DNA from: Candidatus Omnitrophota bacterium | Lineage (GTDB): Bacteria; Omnitrophota; Gorgyraeia; B26-G9 | Reading direction: 5' to 3' | NCBI GenBank assembly: GCA_018817165.1 | Contig: JAHITY010000124.1 | Span: forward strand, 97,973-161,972 | DNA: 64,000 nt | Part shown: piece after piece, positions 20,619 to 30,955 of the stretch | Layout of the letters: each line of letters begins with the position of its first letter | Numbering within the stretch: the first letter of the stretch is position 1 | Position numbers and translations under genes: made by a program | Notes under the pieces: generated by a model | Seen by the model: only the letters and a program-made list of their open reading frames with translations | What the model was told of the DNA's origin: nothing | Databases searched by the model: none

Positions 20619-22138
20619 AAAATATTAAAAAAAATATTAAAAAAGTTTTACTTATTTTTCCTCCGGTTGTCTGTTCGCAGGAAAGTCCTAAACAGATCAT
20701 GCCGCCATTGGGGATCAGTTATCTGGGGGCTTATTTAGAAGGTGATTATGAGGTTAAGCTTCTTGATGCCGCTTTAGAAGGTTATGAGCATGAGCAAATA
20801 ATAAGTCCAGGGTTTTTTCAATATGGACTTTCTGCGGAGCAGATAAAACAAAAAATTACTGAATTTTCTCCGGATGTTGTGGGCGTATCATGTTTATATT
20901 CCAGCCAGTTTTCCGCAGTATCCAAAATTTGTGATATAGCCAAAGAAATATCTCCGCTAATAATTACTTTGATCGGAGGCACACATCCGACTTTTCTCCC
21001 TAAAGAGTGTTTGGGATTTGAATCTATTGATTTTATTTGTTTGGGAGAAGGGGAATTGCCGACAAAAGCGCTGCTTGATAGTTTTAAAAATGGAAATTCT
21101 TATGAACATATAGATGGAATTGCTTTTCGTACAGACAAAGATATTGTAATCAATCCCCAAAAAAGAATAATTGAAAATATTGATGCTTTGCCTCATCCGG
21201 CAAGGCATCTGTTGTCTTTAGATAAATATTTTAAAATTGGTTTGCCAATGGGGCTGATCAGCCGTAAGACTCCGGCGATTAATATTATAACTTCGCGGGG
21301 CTGTCCGTTTGAGTGCTCGTTTTGTTCTTCATGCCATTTTTGGAGTAGACGCTATCGAGTGCGTTCTGTGGAAAATGTTTTAGGGGAAATGGATGAGCTT
21401 AAAAAAATGGGAGTGCGAGAGTTAAAATTCTTTGATGATAATCTAACATTGGATAAGCCGCGGGCAAAGGCTTTGTTTAAGGCTATGATCAAACGCGAAT
21501 ACAATTTTAGCTGGAATACCCCCAATGGGATTGCCGCGCAAACTCTTGATGAAGAATTGCTGTATTTAATGAAAGCTAGCGGGTGTTATGAGGTGACTTT
21601 AGCCATAGAAAGCGGAGATGAACAGATATTAAAAGAAGTTCTAAAAAAACCAATTGATTTAGAATATACTATAAAAATGGCTAAGCTGATTAAGAAATTG
21701 GGCATGGATACATACGGTTTTTTTATTATTGGGTTTCCTCAGGAGACTAAAAAACAAATATATAAAACTCTAAAATTTATGGATAAAATTAAACTGGATA
21801 GAATTTCCTTGTTTATCGCAAATCCGTTGCCCGGCACAGAAATATACGATGTTTGTAAAAAACAAAATTATCTGTGCGCTCAGATTACGGGTAAAGCATT
21901 AGATTATTTTAGTTCGAGTTTTGAAACACCTGAGTTTGATTCAAAGTTTCTAGAAAAAATCAGAAGAGATTGGTATTGGGCATATAATTTAAAGCTTTTA
22001 TTAAGAAATCCTTTTAAATTTTTCCGAAATTATAGTATATTTATATTCAAAAGACCGTTATTTTTATTCCAAGTTTTAATAAAAAAACTAATTATTCCGA
22101 GCCTAATATATGGAAAACGCAAAACTTCAAAAAAATAA
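20615..22138 (+). CDS. B12-binding-domain radical SAM protein (paralog of upstream gene)
   Basis: PLGISYLGA, GGTHPT, TSRGCPFECSFC; shares WNTPNG and ANPxPG with 19122-20618. Confidence 0.93.
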   Translation: MKNIKKNIKKVLLIFPPVVCSQESPKQIMPPLGISYLGAYLEGDYEVKLLDAALEGYEHEQIISPGFFQYGLSAEQIKQKITEFSPDVVGVSCLYSSQFSAVSKICDIAKEISPLIITLIGGTHPTFLPKECLGFESIDFICLGEGELPTKALLDSFKNGNSYEHIDGIAFRTDKDIVINPQKRIIENIDALPHPARHLLSLDKYFKIGLPMGLISRKTPAINIITSRGCPFECSFCSSCHFWSRRYRVRSVENVLGEMDELKKMGVRELKFFDDNLTLDKPRAKALFKAMIKREYNFSWNTPNGIAAQTLDEELLYLMKASGCYEVTLAIESGDEQILKEVLKKPIDLEYTIKMAKLIKKLGMDTYGFFIIGFPQETKKQIYKTLKFMDKIKLDRISLFIANPLPGTEIYDVCKKQNYLCAQITGKALDYFSSSFETPEFDSKFLEKIRRDWYWAYNLKLLLRNPFKFFRNYSIFIFKRPLFLFQVLIKKLIIPSLIYGKRKTSKK

Positions 22139-24176
22139 ATCTAGATACATCGATCTGATTATTTGCTTAGGCATATTCTTTTTCGCGTTTTTTCTGCGCT
22201 TGATCTATCTTTATGAGTATAGAAATAATCCTTTTTTTGACAGCCCGGTAATTGATGCTTTGACTAATTATTTGTTTGCTATGCGTGCCGCTGAGGGGGA
22301 TTGGCTTGTAAAGGGAGTAGTTGTTGGTCGTGGGCCGGTGTATGTGTATTTTCTGGCTGGTTTATTTAAAATTTTTGGAGCGGGTTTTACCACGGTTCGC
22401 GTATGGCAGATGGCTTTAGGCGCGGTTAATTGTATTTTAGTGTATTTTTTAGGGAAAAAGATATTTTCTCGCTCGGTTGGGGTAATCAGTGCTTTTATCT
22501 GCAGTATGTATGGGGTGCTGATCTATTTTGACGCGGAATTTTTGTACGTGGGGCTGGCAATATTTATAAATATCCTGTTGATCTTATCTTTATTGAATTC
22601 AATCGATAGACCCAAGGTTTGGAAATGGATCGGCTGCGGGATCCTTCTGGGAGCGTCTCTTCAAACAAACGCGACTATAATATTATTCTTTCCTCTGCTC
22701 TTTATATGGTTATTTTTATCCGCGGATAAGAAAAAGCAGGATGAGCAAATAAATAACAAAAAGATCAGATTTAGAAAAGCTATGGGACCATTTTTATTAA
22801 TTGCTACTGGAGTAAGTCTGGTTATGCTTCCATTTACTTTGCGTAACTATTTTATGGGTGGAGATCTGGTAATGATCGGTTCAGCGGTGGGGATTAATTT
22901 GCATATTGGCAATAATCTGAATGCTGATGGTAAAAGTGTGAATGTCCCGACAAGGGATTTCTCTTATTCAAATCAGTGGGACGATAATACGCTGATTGCT
23001 GCTAAAAAAGGCGCGGAAAGGGAAATGGGAAGAGAAATATTGCCTTCTGAGGCTTCTAATTACTGGATACGCAAATCTCTGGGTTTTATGTTAACTAATC
23101 CTGTAACTGCTTTGTCTCTTTTTATAAGAAAATTTTATTATTTTTTTAATGCTTATGAGATTGCGGAAAATCAGAGTATTTATTTTTATCGTCTTTGGTC
23201 ACCGCTGTTAAAAATACTGGTCTTTCATAATAGGGTACTGGCTTTTCCTTTTGGAATAATTTGCCCATTAGCTTTATGGGGAATTGCTGTTTCTGCGAAA
23301 AAAAATAAGGCAGTGATGCTGCTGCTTATTTATCTGGCGGCATTTTTAATGCTTATGATGATTTTCTTTGTTTGTAGCCGTTACCGGACGATTGCTGTTC
23401 CGGTTTTCGTGATTTTTGCGGCAGTTGCTTTGGATTGGTACGCTAAACAGATAAGAGAGCGTAAATTTAAAGTTTTATTTTTATCGTTGATACCGCTGTT
23501 TTTCCTTTATCTATTTAGTAATTCGATTGTTTTTGATATTCGCCAAGAAGATCAATCGCGGTGGTTTTTAAATCTGGGCACTGCTTATCGAAATAAAGGG
23601 GAAAATGAAAAAGCAATTAAATCCTTTAAGGCGGCAGAAAAAGTAAACCCGCGTAATCCTGACGCGGTATACAATCTCGGAGTCATATATTTGGAAAAAG
23701 AAGAATATCAAGACGCAATTGAGGAATTTAGAAAATCGATTAAAATAGATGAGTATGATTCTGCGGCTTATTCCAATGTGGGCATAGTCTTGATGAAGCA
23801 AAAAAAAATTGATGAAGCTATTGCCAGTTTTCAATCAGCACTGACCTTAGACCCGGCTGATGTAACAGCAATGGCAAATCTAGGAGCTGCTTTAATTACA
23901 AAAGGCGATTATCCCGCGGCGCTACTCGTACTTAAGCAAGGACTGGAAAGGGATGAGAATTTTCCGCCACTGCATTTGCATTTGGGCATATTGTTTGAAG
24001 AAACGGGAAAGTATGCGGAGGCAGAACAAGCATATATAAGTGCGATAAAAAAAGACCCGGAATATATTCAAGCTTATTGGGGTTTGGCTAAACTTTATGA
24101 TATAATTGGACTCCCGGATAAGGCAAAGTGGGCAAGGACCAAAGCAATGTATATGGTTTCTGATAAGCTTAAATAA
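22110..24176 (+). CDS. GT-C (PMT/ArnT-like) membrane glycosyltransferase with C-terminal TPRs
   Basis: Multi-TM N-terminus with acidic first loop (PVID), RYR motif; repeated NLG...A TPR units. Confidence 0.8.
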   Translation: MENAKLQKNKSRYIDLIICLGIFFFAFFLRLIYLYEYRNNPFFDSPVIDALTNYLFAMRAAEGDWLVKGVVVGRGPVYVYFLAGLFKIFGAGFTTVRVWQMALGAVNCILVYFLGKKIFSRSVGVISAFICSMYGVLIYFDAEFLYVGLAIFINILLILSLLNSIDRPKVWKWIGCGILLGASLQTNATIILFFPLLFIWLFLSADKKKQDEQINNKKIRFRKAMGPFLLIATGVSLVMLPFTLRNYFMGGDLVMIGSAVGINLHIGNNLNADGKSVNVPTRDFSYSNQWDDNTLIAAKKGAEREMGREILPSEASNYWIRKSLGFMLTNPVTALSLFIRKFYYFFNAYEIAENQSIYFYRLWSPLLKILVFHNRVLAFPFGIICPLALWGIAVSAKKNKAVMLLLIYLAAFLMLMMIFFVCSRYRTIAVPVFVIFAAVALDWYAKQIRERKFKVLFLSLIPLFFLYLFSNSIVFDIRQEDQSRWFLNLGTAYRNKGENEKAIKSFKAAEKVNPRNPDAVYNLGVIYLEKEEYQDAIEEFRKSIKIDEYDSAAYSNVGIVLMKQKKIDEAIASFQSALTLDPADVTAMANLGAALITKGDYPAALLVLKQGLERDENFPPLHLHLGILFEETGKYAEAEQAYISAIKKDPEYIQAYWGLAKLYDIIGLPDKAKWARTKAMYMVSDKLK

Positions 24177-24179
24177 AAT

Positions 24180-25706
24180 CTAAAACTTCTTTTTTATTTT
24201 TTTCCCCAAAGCTTTTGAGAGTATCCATCCGGACATAATCGCGGTAGTTATGCCGGTTCCCGGAATAGTCCAATGACCAGATAAATGTAGATTTTTAATC
24301 GGGGTTGTTTGTTTTAAACGGTAGATTAAGCTTTGTTCCGGAGAATTGGCCCAACCATACATTGCTCCACGATGACTCAAAGAGAAATCATTTAAATCTT
24401 GGGGCGTAAATATCTTTTTAATCACAATATGATCAGACAAGTTTTTGACTTTTTTTTCTACCAGTTGAATCATTTCATGGGCAATTTGCTCTTTTGCGCT
24501 GCGCCAATCACGTTCTGTTTGCCAGGGGTAGAAAAGGGTTAAAATTAATGTGCTGTGACCTTTTGGCGCTAAATTCGGTTCAAGGTGGGTCGGACTATAG
24601 GCACTTAAGCAGGGAACTAGACCTTTTTCGAATTTTTCATAACATTCTTCAAAATCAAAAGATTCGTAGAAAAAATATTCGTGTTGGGCAAACCCATGTT
24701 TAGCAATATCAAAATCAAGACCTATAAATACTTTAAAAGGTCCTACAGATGGAGTTAGTTTGGATAGTTTTCGCATATAATTTTTAGGCAGAATATCCGG
24801 ATCAATCAGTTTTGTAAAAGTTTGTATTGCATCCGCATTAGAAATAACTGTTTTAGCAAATATCTTTTGGCCGTTTTCTAAGACGACTCCTTGCGCGATA
24901 TTGTTTTTAACGATAATTTCTTTAACCCCAGAGTTGAGCATAACCTTGCCTTGATTTTCCTCTATGGCGCTGACAAAGACATCAGCAATTTTTTGTGAAT
25001 TACCTTGAGGATAATAGGTGTGTTCGCCATATAGGCCGCTCATGCATGATACCATCCATAATCCAGAAGCTTTTTTCGGAGGCAATCCCAGATAAGGCCA
25101 ACATGCCGCGAATAAAGCGGCGATGTTTTTATTTTTAGTCAGTATTTTGAAAAGTTTATCGGTAGTTTTGCGAGAATTTAAAAACCAAAACAAGCCGGTA
25201 AACGGGAAGGTTAGTTTTTTTAATAATTTAATTTTTCCATAATTACTGTTTTCAACTGATTTTTTACCTTGGAAAATCCGCCCGGTAATTAGTATGTCTT
25301 GCCGCCAGGCAATCATTGTCTTAAAAAATCGGCGGATGTCTTTCTTATGGTCAGGAGCCAGGTCAATCATAGCTTTTTCAAGCCCTTCATAACTTCCGGG
25401 CAGAGAAATTTCGCGATCAGGTAGGATTAAAGTAACAAAAGGGTCAATTCTGAAAAATTTAAGTTTATCCTTAATTTTATAATCTTCAAAAACTTGCGCG
25501 CAGTTGCCATTATCATCAACTCCGGTTAATTGATGTACTGCTACGTCAAATGTATAATCTCCGATAGGAAAGGAAGAGCAATTGCCTCCGGCAACTGAGT
25601 TGCGTTCGCAAACAACTACCTTTTGCCCAGCTCTGGCTAATCCTAAAGCCGCGGATAAACCGCCCATGCCACTGCCAATAACTATCACATCTACATTATT
25701 TTGCAT
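24180..25706 (-). CDS. Phytoene desaturase (CrtI)-like FAD oxidoreductase
   Basis: VIGSGMGG, E...AGG, NLAPKG, TP...GAMYG, LHLSGHWTIPGTGI. Confidence 0.88.
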   Translation of the reverse strand: MQNNVDVIVIGSGMGGLSAALGLARAGQKVVVCERNSVAGGNCSSFPIGDYTFDVAVHQLTGVDDNGNCAQVFEDYKIKDKLKFFRIDPFVTLILPDREISLPGSYEGLEKAMIDLAPDHKKDIRRFFKTMIAWRQDILITGRIFQGKKSVENSNYGKIKLLKKLTFPFTGLFWFLNSRKTTDKLFKILTKNKNIAALFAACWPYLGLPPKKASGLWMVSCMSGLYGEHTYYPQGNSQKIADVFVSAIEENQGKVMLNSGVKEIIVKNNIAQGVVLENGQKIFAKTVISNADAIQTFTKLIDPDILPKNYMRKLSKLTPSVGPFKVFIGLDFDIAKHGFAQHEYFFYESFDFEECYEKFEKGLVPCLSAYSPTHLEPNLAPKGHSTLILTLFYPWQTERDWRSAKEQIAHEMIQLVEKKVKNLSDHIVIKKIFTPQDLNDFSLSHRGAMYGWANSPEQSLIYRLKQTTPIKNLHLSGHWTIPGTGITTAIMSGWILSKALGKKIKKKF

Positions 25707-25905
25707 ATAATTAGGGTGTTGATTTCAGACTGGTTGTTTTAATTGAAAATATTTGAATGTTTCTTCGTATTTCTAGTTGAGTTACTATATTATTTTGTTG
25801 GGTGCGAAGGATTTAAATATTATTGATATACTACTGTAACTTTTTTATAATGTCAAGTAACTTCGTGATATTCTATGCGTTTTAATATGTTTTTATTAGT
25901 TTAAC

Positions 25906-25934
25906 TTGACAAGTGACTACCATTATGGTATCTT
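25906..25934 (+). promoter_or_regulatory. Sigma70 promoter of pyr operon
   Basis: TTGACA-N17-TATCTT with extended TG. Confidence 0.75.
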
Positions 25935-25948
25935 TAAAGCAATAGATA

Positions 25949-26049
25949 ACCTTTAAATTAGTCCAGAGAGACTAGCAAGGAGTCAAAAAAATGTTGTTTT
26001 TAGCCTGCTTAAACTATACCGATCTGAGGTAAGTGAGCAGGTTTTTTTT
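25949..26049 (+). promoter_or_regulatory. PyrR-binding attenuator (binding loop + terminator)
   Basis: CUUUAA...AGUCCAGAGAGACUAG resembles the PyrR loop consensus ARUCCNGNGAGGYU; followed by gcctgctt...gagcaggt + T run before pyrR. Confidence 0.88.
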
Positions 26050-26071
26050 ATGCCCAATTTAAGGAGAGACA

Positions 26072-26626
26072 ATGCTGAAAAAAGAAGCGAATTTAATGGA
26101 TGATAAGATGATAAAACGCACTTTGATGCGGATCAGTCATGAAATATTGGAACGGAATAAAGGTACTGAGGGGCTGGCGATTGTCGGTATTCAATGCCGG
26201 GGAGCTTATCTTGCTCAGCGAATAGCTGATCTGATCAAAGAAATCGACGGCTCAGATGTTCCGGTGGGCATAATGGATATAACTCTTTATCGTGATGATC
26301 TGACCATGATTGATTATTGTCCGGTTGTGCACAGCACAAAAGTTGAATTTGATATTGATGATAAAAAGATTGTTTTGGTTGATGATGTTTTGTTTACCGG
26401 CAGAACGATTCGCTGCGCTTTGGATGAATTGATTGATTTGGGTAGACCGCAGAATATTCAGCTGGCTGTATTGATTGACCGCGGACATCGAGAACTGCCG
26501 ATCCGAGCGGATTATGTGGGTAAGAATTTACCGACAACTTTAGAGGAAAATGTTGAGGTCAGATTGGTTGAAGCCGATGGAAAAGATGAGATAGTTTTAA
26601 TTAACCAAAAGGAAAAACGCCAATGA
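26072..26626 (+). CDS. pyrR: Bifunctional pyr regulator/uracil phosphoribosyltransferase
   Basis: [36 protein letters not shown]. Confidence 0.97.
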   Translation: MLKKEANLMDDKMIKRTLMRISHEILERNKGTEGLAIVGIQCRGAYLAQRIADLIKEIDGSDVPVGIMDITLYRDDLTMIDYCPVVHSTKVEFDIDDKKIVLVDDVLFTGRTIRCALDELIDLGRPQNIQLAVLIDRGHRELPIRADYVGKNLPTTLEENVEVRLVEADGKDEIVLINQKEKRQ

Positions 26627-27567
26627 GTGAATGGACAAGAAAAGATCTTTTGGGAATTGAGGAATTGTCTGCGCAGGAAATTGAGCTGATTTTGCAAACC
26701 GCGGAATCATTTAAAGAAGTTTCTACTCGTTCAGTTAAAAAAGTACCGACCTTGCGCGGCAAAACAATTGTCCTATTCTTCTTTGAACCGTCAACCCGGA
26801 CGAGAACAAGTTTTGAACTGGCTGCGAAAAGGTTAAGTGCCGATACTTTGAGTATTGCTACCTCAACCAGCGCGATTCAAAAAGGCGAGACGCTGAAAGA
26901 TACTTTTAAAAACATTGAAGCGATGAAAGTCGATGCGATTATTCTTCGCCATTCTTCAAGTGGAGTAATGCATACCTTGGCTGATTCCATGGGACCGTCG
27001 ATTATCAATGCCGGAGACGGTTGTCATGAACATCCTACACAAGCATTGCTTGATATGTTTACGATCAAAGAAAAAAAAGGTAAAATAAAAGGCCTGAATG
27101 TTTCGATTATCGGTGATATAACGCATTCTCGGGTTGCCCGGAGTAATATCTGGGGACTGAAAAAGTTGGGAGCGAATGTAACGATCTGCGCGCCGAGAAC
27201 TCTCTTACCGCGGGAAATTGAAAAAATGGGGGTAAATATTACCACAGATTTATCCAAAGCACTAAAAGGCGCGGATGTGATTAATATTCTGCGAATTCAA
27301 AAAGAACGCCAAAAGGCCGGATTGTTTCCTTCGATGCGCGAATACGCGATTCAGTATGGAGTGAGCAAGGAAAAGCTGGAAAAATACGCTAAAAAAGATG
27401 TATTGGTAATGCATCCCGGACCAATGAATCGAGGCATTGAGATCATGCCTGATGTTGCTGATGGGACTTATTCCGTTATTCTTGAACAGGTGACCAATGG
27501 AATTGCGGTGAGAATGGCAGTACTCTATTTGGTATCACAAGCCAATTCTGATGAACAGGAGCAATAA
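26623..27567 (+). CDS. pyrB: Aspartate carbamoyltransferase catalytic subunit
   Basis: [27 protein letters not shown]. Confidence 0.97.
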   Translation: MSEWTRKDLLGIEELSAQEIELILQTAESFKEVSTRSVKKVPTLRGKTIVLFFFEPSTRTRTSFELAAKRLSADTLSIATSTSAIQKGETLKDTFKNIEAMKVDAIILRHSSSGVMHTLADSMGPSIINAGDGCHEHPTQALLDMFTIKEKKGKIKGLNVSIIGDITHSRVARSNIWGLKKLGANVTICAPRTLLPREIEKMGVNITTDLSKALKGADVINILRIQKERQKAGLFPSMREYAIQYGVSKEKLEKYAKKDVLVMHPGPMNRGIEIMPDVADGTYSVILEQVTNGIAVRMAVLYLVSQANSDEQEQ

Positions 27568-27568
27568 T

Positions 27569-28864
27569 ATGAAATTACTGATAAAAAATGCCAGGGTAAT
27601 TGACGCGAAGAGTAATCTAGATGATCAGCTGGATGTTTTAATTGAAAATAGTAAGATTGTTAAAATCGCCAAAAATATAAAAGATAAAGACGCCCAGATC
27701 ATTGACGCAAAAGATAAAGTGCTGATGCCGGGTTTTGTGGATATGCATGTGCATCTTCGTGAACCTGGATATGAGTATAAGGAAACAATTAAATCTGGAA
27801 CCATGGCCGCGGCTGCCGGCGGATTTACCACTGTCTGCTGTATGCCTAATACCAATCCGGTTATTGATAATCAGGGAGTTGTTGAGTTTGTGATTTCTGA
27901 AGCGAGAAAATCAGCCTTGATTAATGTGTACCCAATTGGCGCGATTACTAAAGGATTAAAGGGCGAAGAGCTCTCGGAAATAGCGGATATGCAGAATGCG
28001 GGAATAATCGCGATCTCAGACGACGGCAAGGGAGTGATGAATGCTGATCTGATGCGTCGCGCTCTGGAATATGCTTCGATGCTGAATATCCCTGTGATTG
28101 CTCATTCGGAAGATAATGATCTGGCTTTGGGGGGAGTAATGAATGAAGGCTATGTTGCCACGAAGCTGGGTTTAAAAGGTATTCCTACTCTGGCTGAATC
28201 AACGATAATTGCCCGAGATATTGAAATTGCCCGCTATACAGATACTGGTTTGCATATTGCCCATATCAGCGCGAAAGAATCAGTGGCTTTGGTAAAAAGA
28301 GCGAAAAAGGACGGGCTAAAAATTACCTGTGAAGCAACTCCGCATCATTTCAGCTTAACTGATGAGGCCGTATTGGGCTATGATACTAATACAAAAGTTA
28401 ATCCGCCGCTGCGCTCAGATGTTGATGTCCAGGCAATTAAGCAGGGTTTGAAAAACGGAACAATTGATTGTATTGCCACTGATCACGCGCCGCATGCTGA
28501 ATCAGAAAAAGATGTGGAATATGATCATGCGCCGTTTGGAATCATTGGTTTGGAAACAGCTTTGAGTTTAGCAATCAGCGAATTGGTTGAACCGGGGATA
28601 TTGACTTTAAATCAGCTGTGTGAAAAAATGGCTTATAATCCGGCAAAGATCCTTGGTTTGGATAAAGGCTATATTGCGGAAGGCTCGATTGCAGATCTGG
28701 TGATTTTTGATCCATTAAAAGAATCAATTATCAGTGCCGCTGATTTTAAATCGAAATCTAAAAATACTCCGTTTATTGGTCAAAAAGTAAAAGGAGCAGT
28801 TTGCCTTACTATATGTAATGGAAATGTTGTTTATAATAATAATGTATCCGAAAGTGCCTGCTAG
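27569..28864 (+). CDS. pyrC: Dihydroorotase
   Basis: DMHVHLREPG, MPNT, KVNPPLR, TDHAPH. Confidence 0.97.
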   Translation: MKLLIKNARVIDAKSNLDDQLDVLIENSKIVKIAKNIKDKDAQIIDAKDKVLMPGFVDMHVHLREPGYEYKETIKSGTMAAAAGGFTTVCCMPNTNPVIDNQGVVEFVISEARKSALINVYPIGAITKGLKGEELSEIADMQNAGIIAISDDGKGVMNADLMRRALEYASMLNIPVIAHSEDNDLALGGVMNEGYVATKLGLKGIPTLAESTIIARDIEIARYTDTGLHIAHISAKESVALVKRAKKDGLKITCEATPHHFSLTDEAVLGYDTNTKVNPPLRSDVDVQAIKQGLKNGTIDCIATDHAPHAESEKDVEYDHAPFGIIGLETALSLAISELVEPGILTLNQLCEKMAYNPAKILGLDKGYIAEGSIADLVIFDPLKESIISAADFKSKSKNTPFIGQKVKGAVCLTICNGNVVYNNNVSESAC

Positions 28865-29091
28865 GTCGCAGTCATTTCGGACTAAATTCGCGTAGGCTGA
28901 CTTGACGTCGTGAAAAGCACTCCGTAAGTCAGGCGCTTATTTATGTAATGGTGAGATTGTTTATAATAATGATTCACGAATAAGCAGCTAATCGCTGCTT
29001 CTCGTGCTAAATTCCCGGCCAAAGTACGGCGGGATAAACGCGCAGGCTGACTTGACGTCGCTAATACTCCGTAAGTCAGGCTCTCATTTAA
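28813..29091 (-). repeat. Tandem copies 2 and 3 of the multi-hairpin repeat
   Basis: Full copy 28963-29091 plus diverged copy ~28813-28942 overlapping the pyrC 3' end; both share aggctgacttgacgtcg...actccgtaagtcaggc. Confidence 0.88.
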
Positions 29092-29101
29092 CTGGGAACT
29101 T

Positions 29102-30373
29102 ATGAAATTTATTGCTGATTTACATATCCATTCTAAATACAGCCGCGCTACATCTCCAAATATGGATTTGCCTAATCTGGCTAAATGGGCAAAAATAAAA
29201 GGCATTGATCTTTTAGGCACAGGTGATTTTACGCATCATCTTTGGCTGGAGCATTTAAAATCAGTGCTCAAGCCGTCAGGCAATGGATTATTTGTTTATA
29301 ATGATGTTCATTTTATGCTGACTGCTGAGATCAGTAGTATTTATTCTAAAAACAATCGCTGTTATCGGATCCATAATCTGATTTTCGCGTCTTCATTTGA
29401 AACAGTTGATAAAATAAATAAAGCATTGTCCGCGATCGGCAATCTGCGATCTGACGGCCGGCCGATTCTTGGCTTGGACGCGGCCAAACTGGCAAGAATT
29501 GTTTTTGATATTGATCCTAATTGTATGTTGGTGCCGGCGCATATTTGGACTCCCTGGTTTAGTTTATTTGGTTCAAAGTCAGGATTTGATTTAATCGAAG
29601 ATTGTTTTGAAGAGCAGGCAAAAAATATTTTTGCTCTGGAAACCGGACTTTCTTCCGATCCGGCAATGAACTGGCGTTTGAGTGCCTTGGATAAATACAG
29701 TTTGATCTCCAATTCAGATTGTCATTCACCCCAGAAAATCGGCAGAGAAGCTAATGTGTTTGATTGTGAAATGTCATATTTTGAAATCAGAGATGTTTTA
29801 AAAACTAAAGACAAAAAAAGGTTTCTCTATACGATTGAATTTTTTCCGGAAGAAGGTAAATATCATTATGATGGACATCGTAACTGTAAGGTAAGGTTAT
29901 CGCCGCAACAGACTAAAGCAAATAAAGGACTTTGCCCTGAATGCGGTAAAGCAGTTACAGTGGGTGTTACTAATCGAGTGGAAGTTTTGGCTGACCGTCC
30001 GGAAGGGTTTATTCCTGATAATGCTATTCCGTTTAAAAATTTGATTCCTTTGGAAGAAATTATTGCCGAAGCTTTAGAAGTAGGGCGCACGTCAAAAAGA
30101 GTGGCGGCTGCTTATGATCAGGCAATAAAAACATTAGGCAAAGAATTTGATATTTTGATGCATAAAACTGAAAAGGAACTTTTGTTTGCCTTGCCGCCAC
30201 GAATAGCTGAGGGAATTTTAAAAGTCCGCCGGGCTGAATGTATAATCAAACCGGGATATGATGGTGAATATGGAATTATTAGTATATTTGAAAAAGATGA
30301 GACTAAAATGAAGAAAACAAGTAAAATAAAGAAGAATGATAAAATTGGAAAGAATAAAAAAGGGGAAAAGTAG
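29102..30373 (+). CDS. Endonuclease Q-family (PHP domain + Zn finger) protein
   Basis: ADLHIHSKYSRATS, GTGDFTH, NSDCHS, GKYHYDGHRNC...CPECG, PGYDGEYG. Confidence 0.88.
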   Translation: MKFIADLHIHSKYSRATSPNMDLPNLAKWAKIKGIDLLGTGDFTHHLWLEHLKSVLKPSGNGLFVYNDVHFMLTAEISSIYSKNNRCYRIHNLIFASSFETVDKINKALSAIGNLRSDGRPILGLDAAKLARIVFDIDPNCMLVPAHIWTPWFSLFGSKSGFDLIEDCFEEQAKNIFALETGLSSDPAMNWRLSALDKYSLISNSDCHSPQKIGREANVFDCEMSYFEIRDVLKTKDKKRFLYTIEFFPEEGKYHYDGHRNCKVRLSPQQTKANKGLCPECGKAVTVGVTNRVEVLADRPEGFIPDNAIPFKNLIPLEEIIAEALEVGRTSKRVAAAYDQAIKTLGKEFDILMHKTEKELLFALPPRIAEGILKVRRAECIIKPGYDGEYGIISIFEKDETKMKKTSKIKKNDKIGKNKKGEK

Positions 30374-30431
30374 TTAGATCTTTTTTAGGTTATTTTCTGG
30401 ATGAATAAATACAATAGGAGAAAATAGAAAA

Positions 30432-30914
30432 ATGAAAAGAGCAATAGTCGTTTATTATTCATATTCCGGCAATACTAAAAAAACAGCAGGATTTCTCAAA
30501 GACAAGATTACCCGTAAATTTCAAACTGATGTGCTTGAACTTAAACCCGCGGATGAATCAAGATTTTTCTTAAAACAATGTGTGCGCGCTTTTCGCAAAG
30601 TGCAGGCTGATTTGAAGCAGGATCTGATCTTGGATTTAAAGGACTATGATTTGATTGCTCTGGGCACTCCGGTCTGGGCTTTTGGTATGGCGCCGGCGAT
30701 GCGTAGCTATATTGATAAATGTAAAGGGCTTTCGGAAAAAAAAGTAATTTTATTTGCTACATATGGCAGCGGAGTAGGCAAAGATAAATGTGTGCAGGAA
30801 ATGGCGGAGATTGTCAAAGCCAAAGGGGCTGATGAAGTCAGGTCTTTTTTAATTCCGCATTATGATGTTAAAAATGGCGATGTGTTTGAGCAAAAAAGCA
30901 ATGGCTTAGTTTGA
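30432..30914 (+). CDS. Flavodoxin family protein
   Basis: YYSYSGNT, GTPVW. Confidence 0.85.
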   Translation: MKRAIVVYYSYSGNTKKTAGFLKDKITRKFQTDVLELKPADESRFFLKQCVRAFRKVQADLKQDLILDLKDYDLIALGTPVWAFGMAPAMRSYIDKCKGLSEKKVILFATYGSGVGKDKCVQEMAEIVKAKGADEVRSFLIPHYDVKNGDVFEQKSNGLV

Positions 30915-30955
30915 TATGAAAAAATCAAATTTTGAAAATACTAGGATAAGCTGAT

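Noticed and set aside
28882-29220. 112-aa minus-strand ORF with internal repeat (LTYGVL...SSQP)
   Set aside because: Translation of the tandem DNA repeat plus the antisense of the EndoQ start
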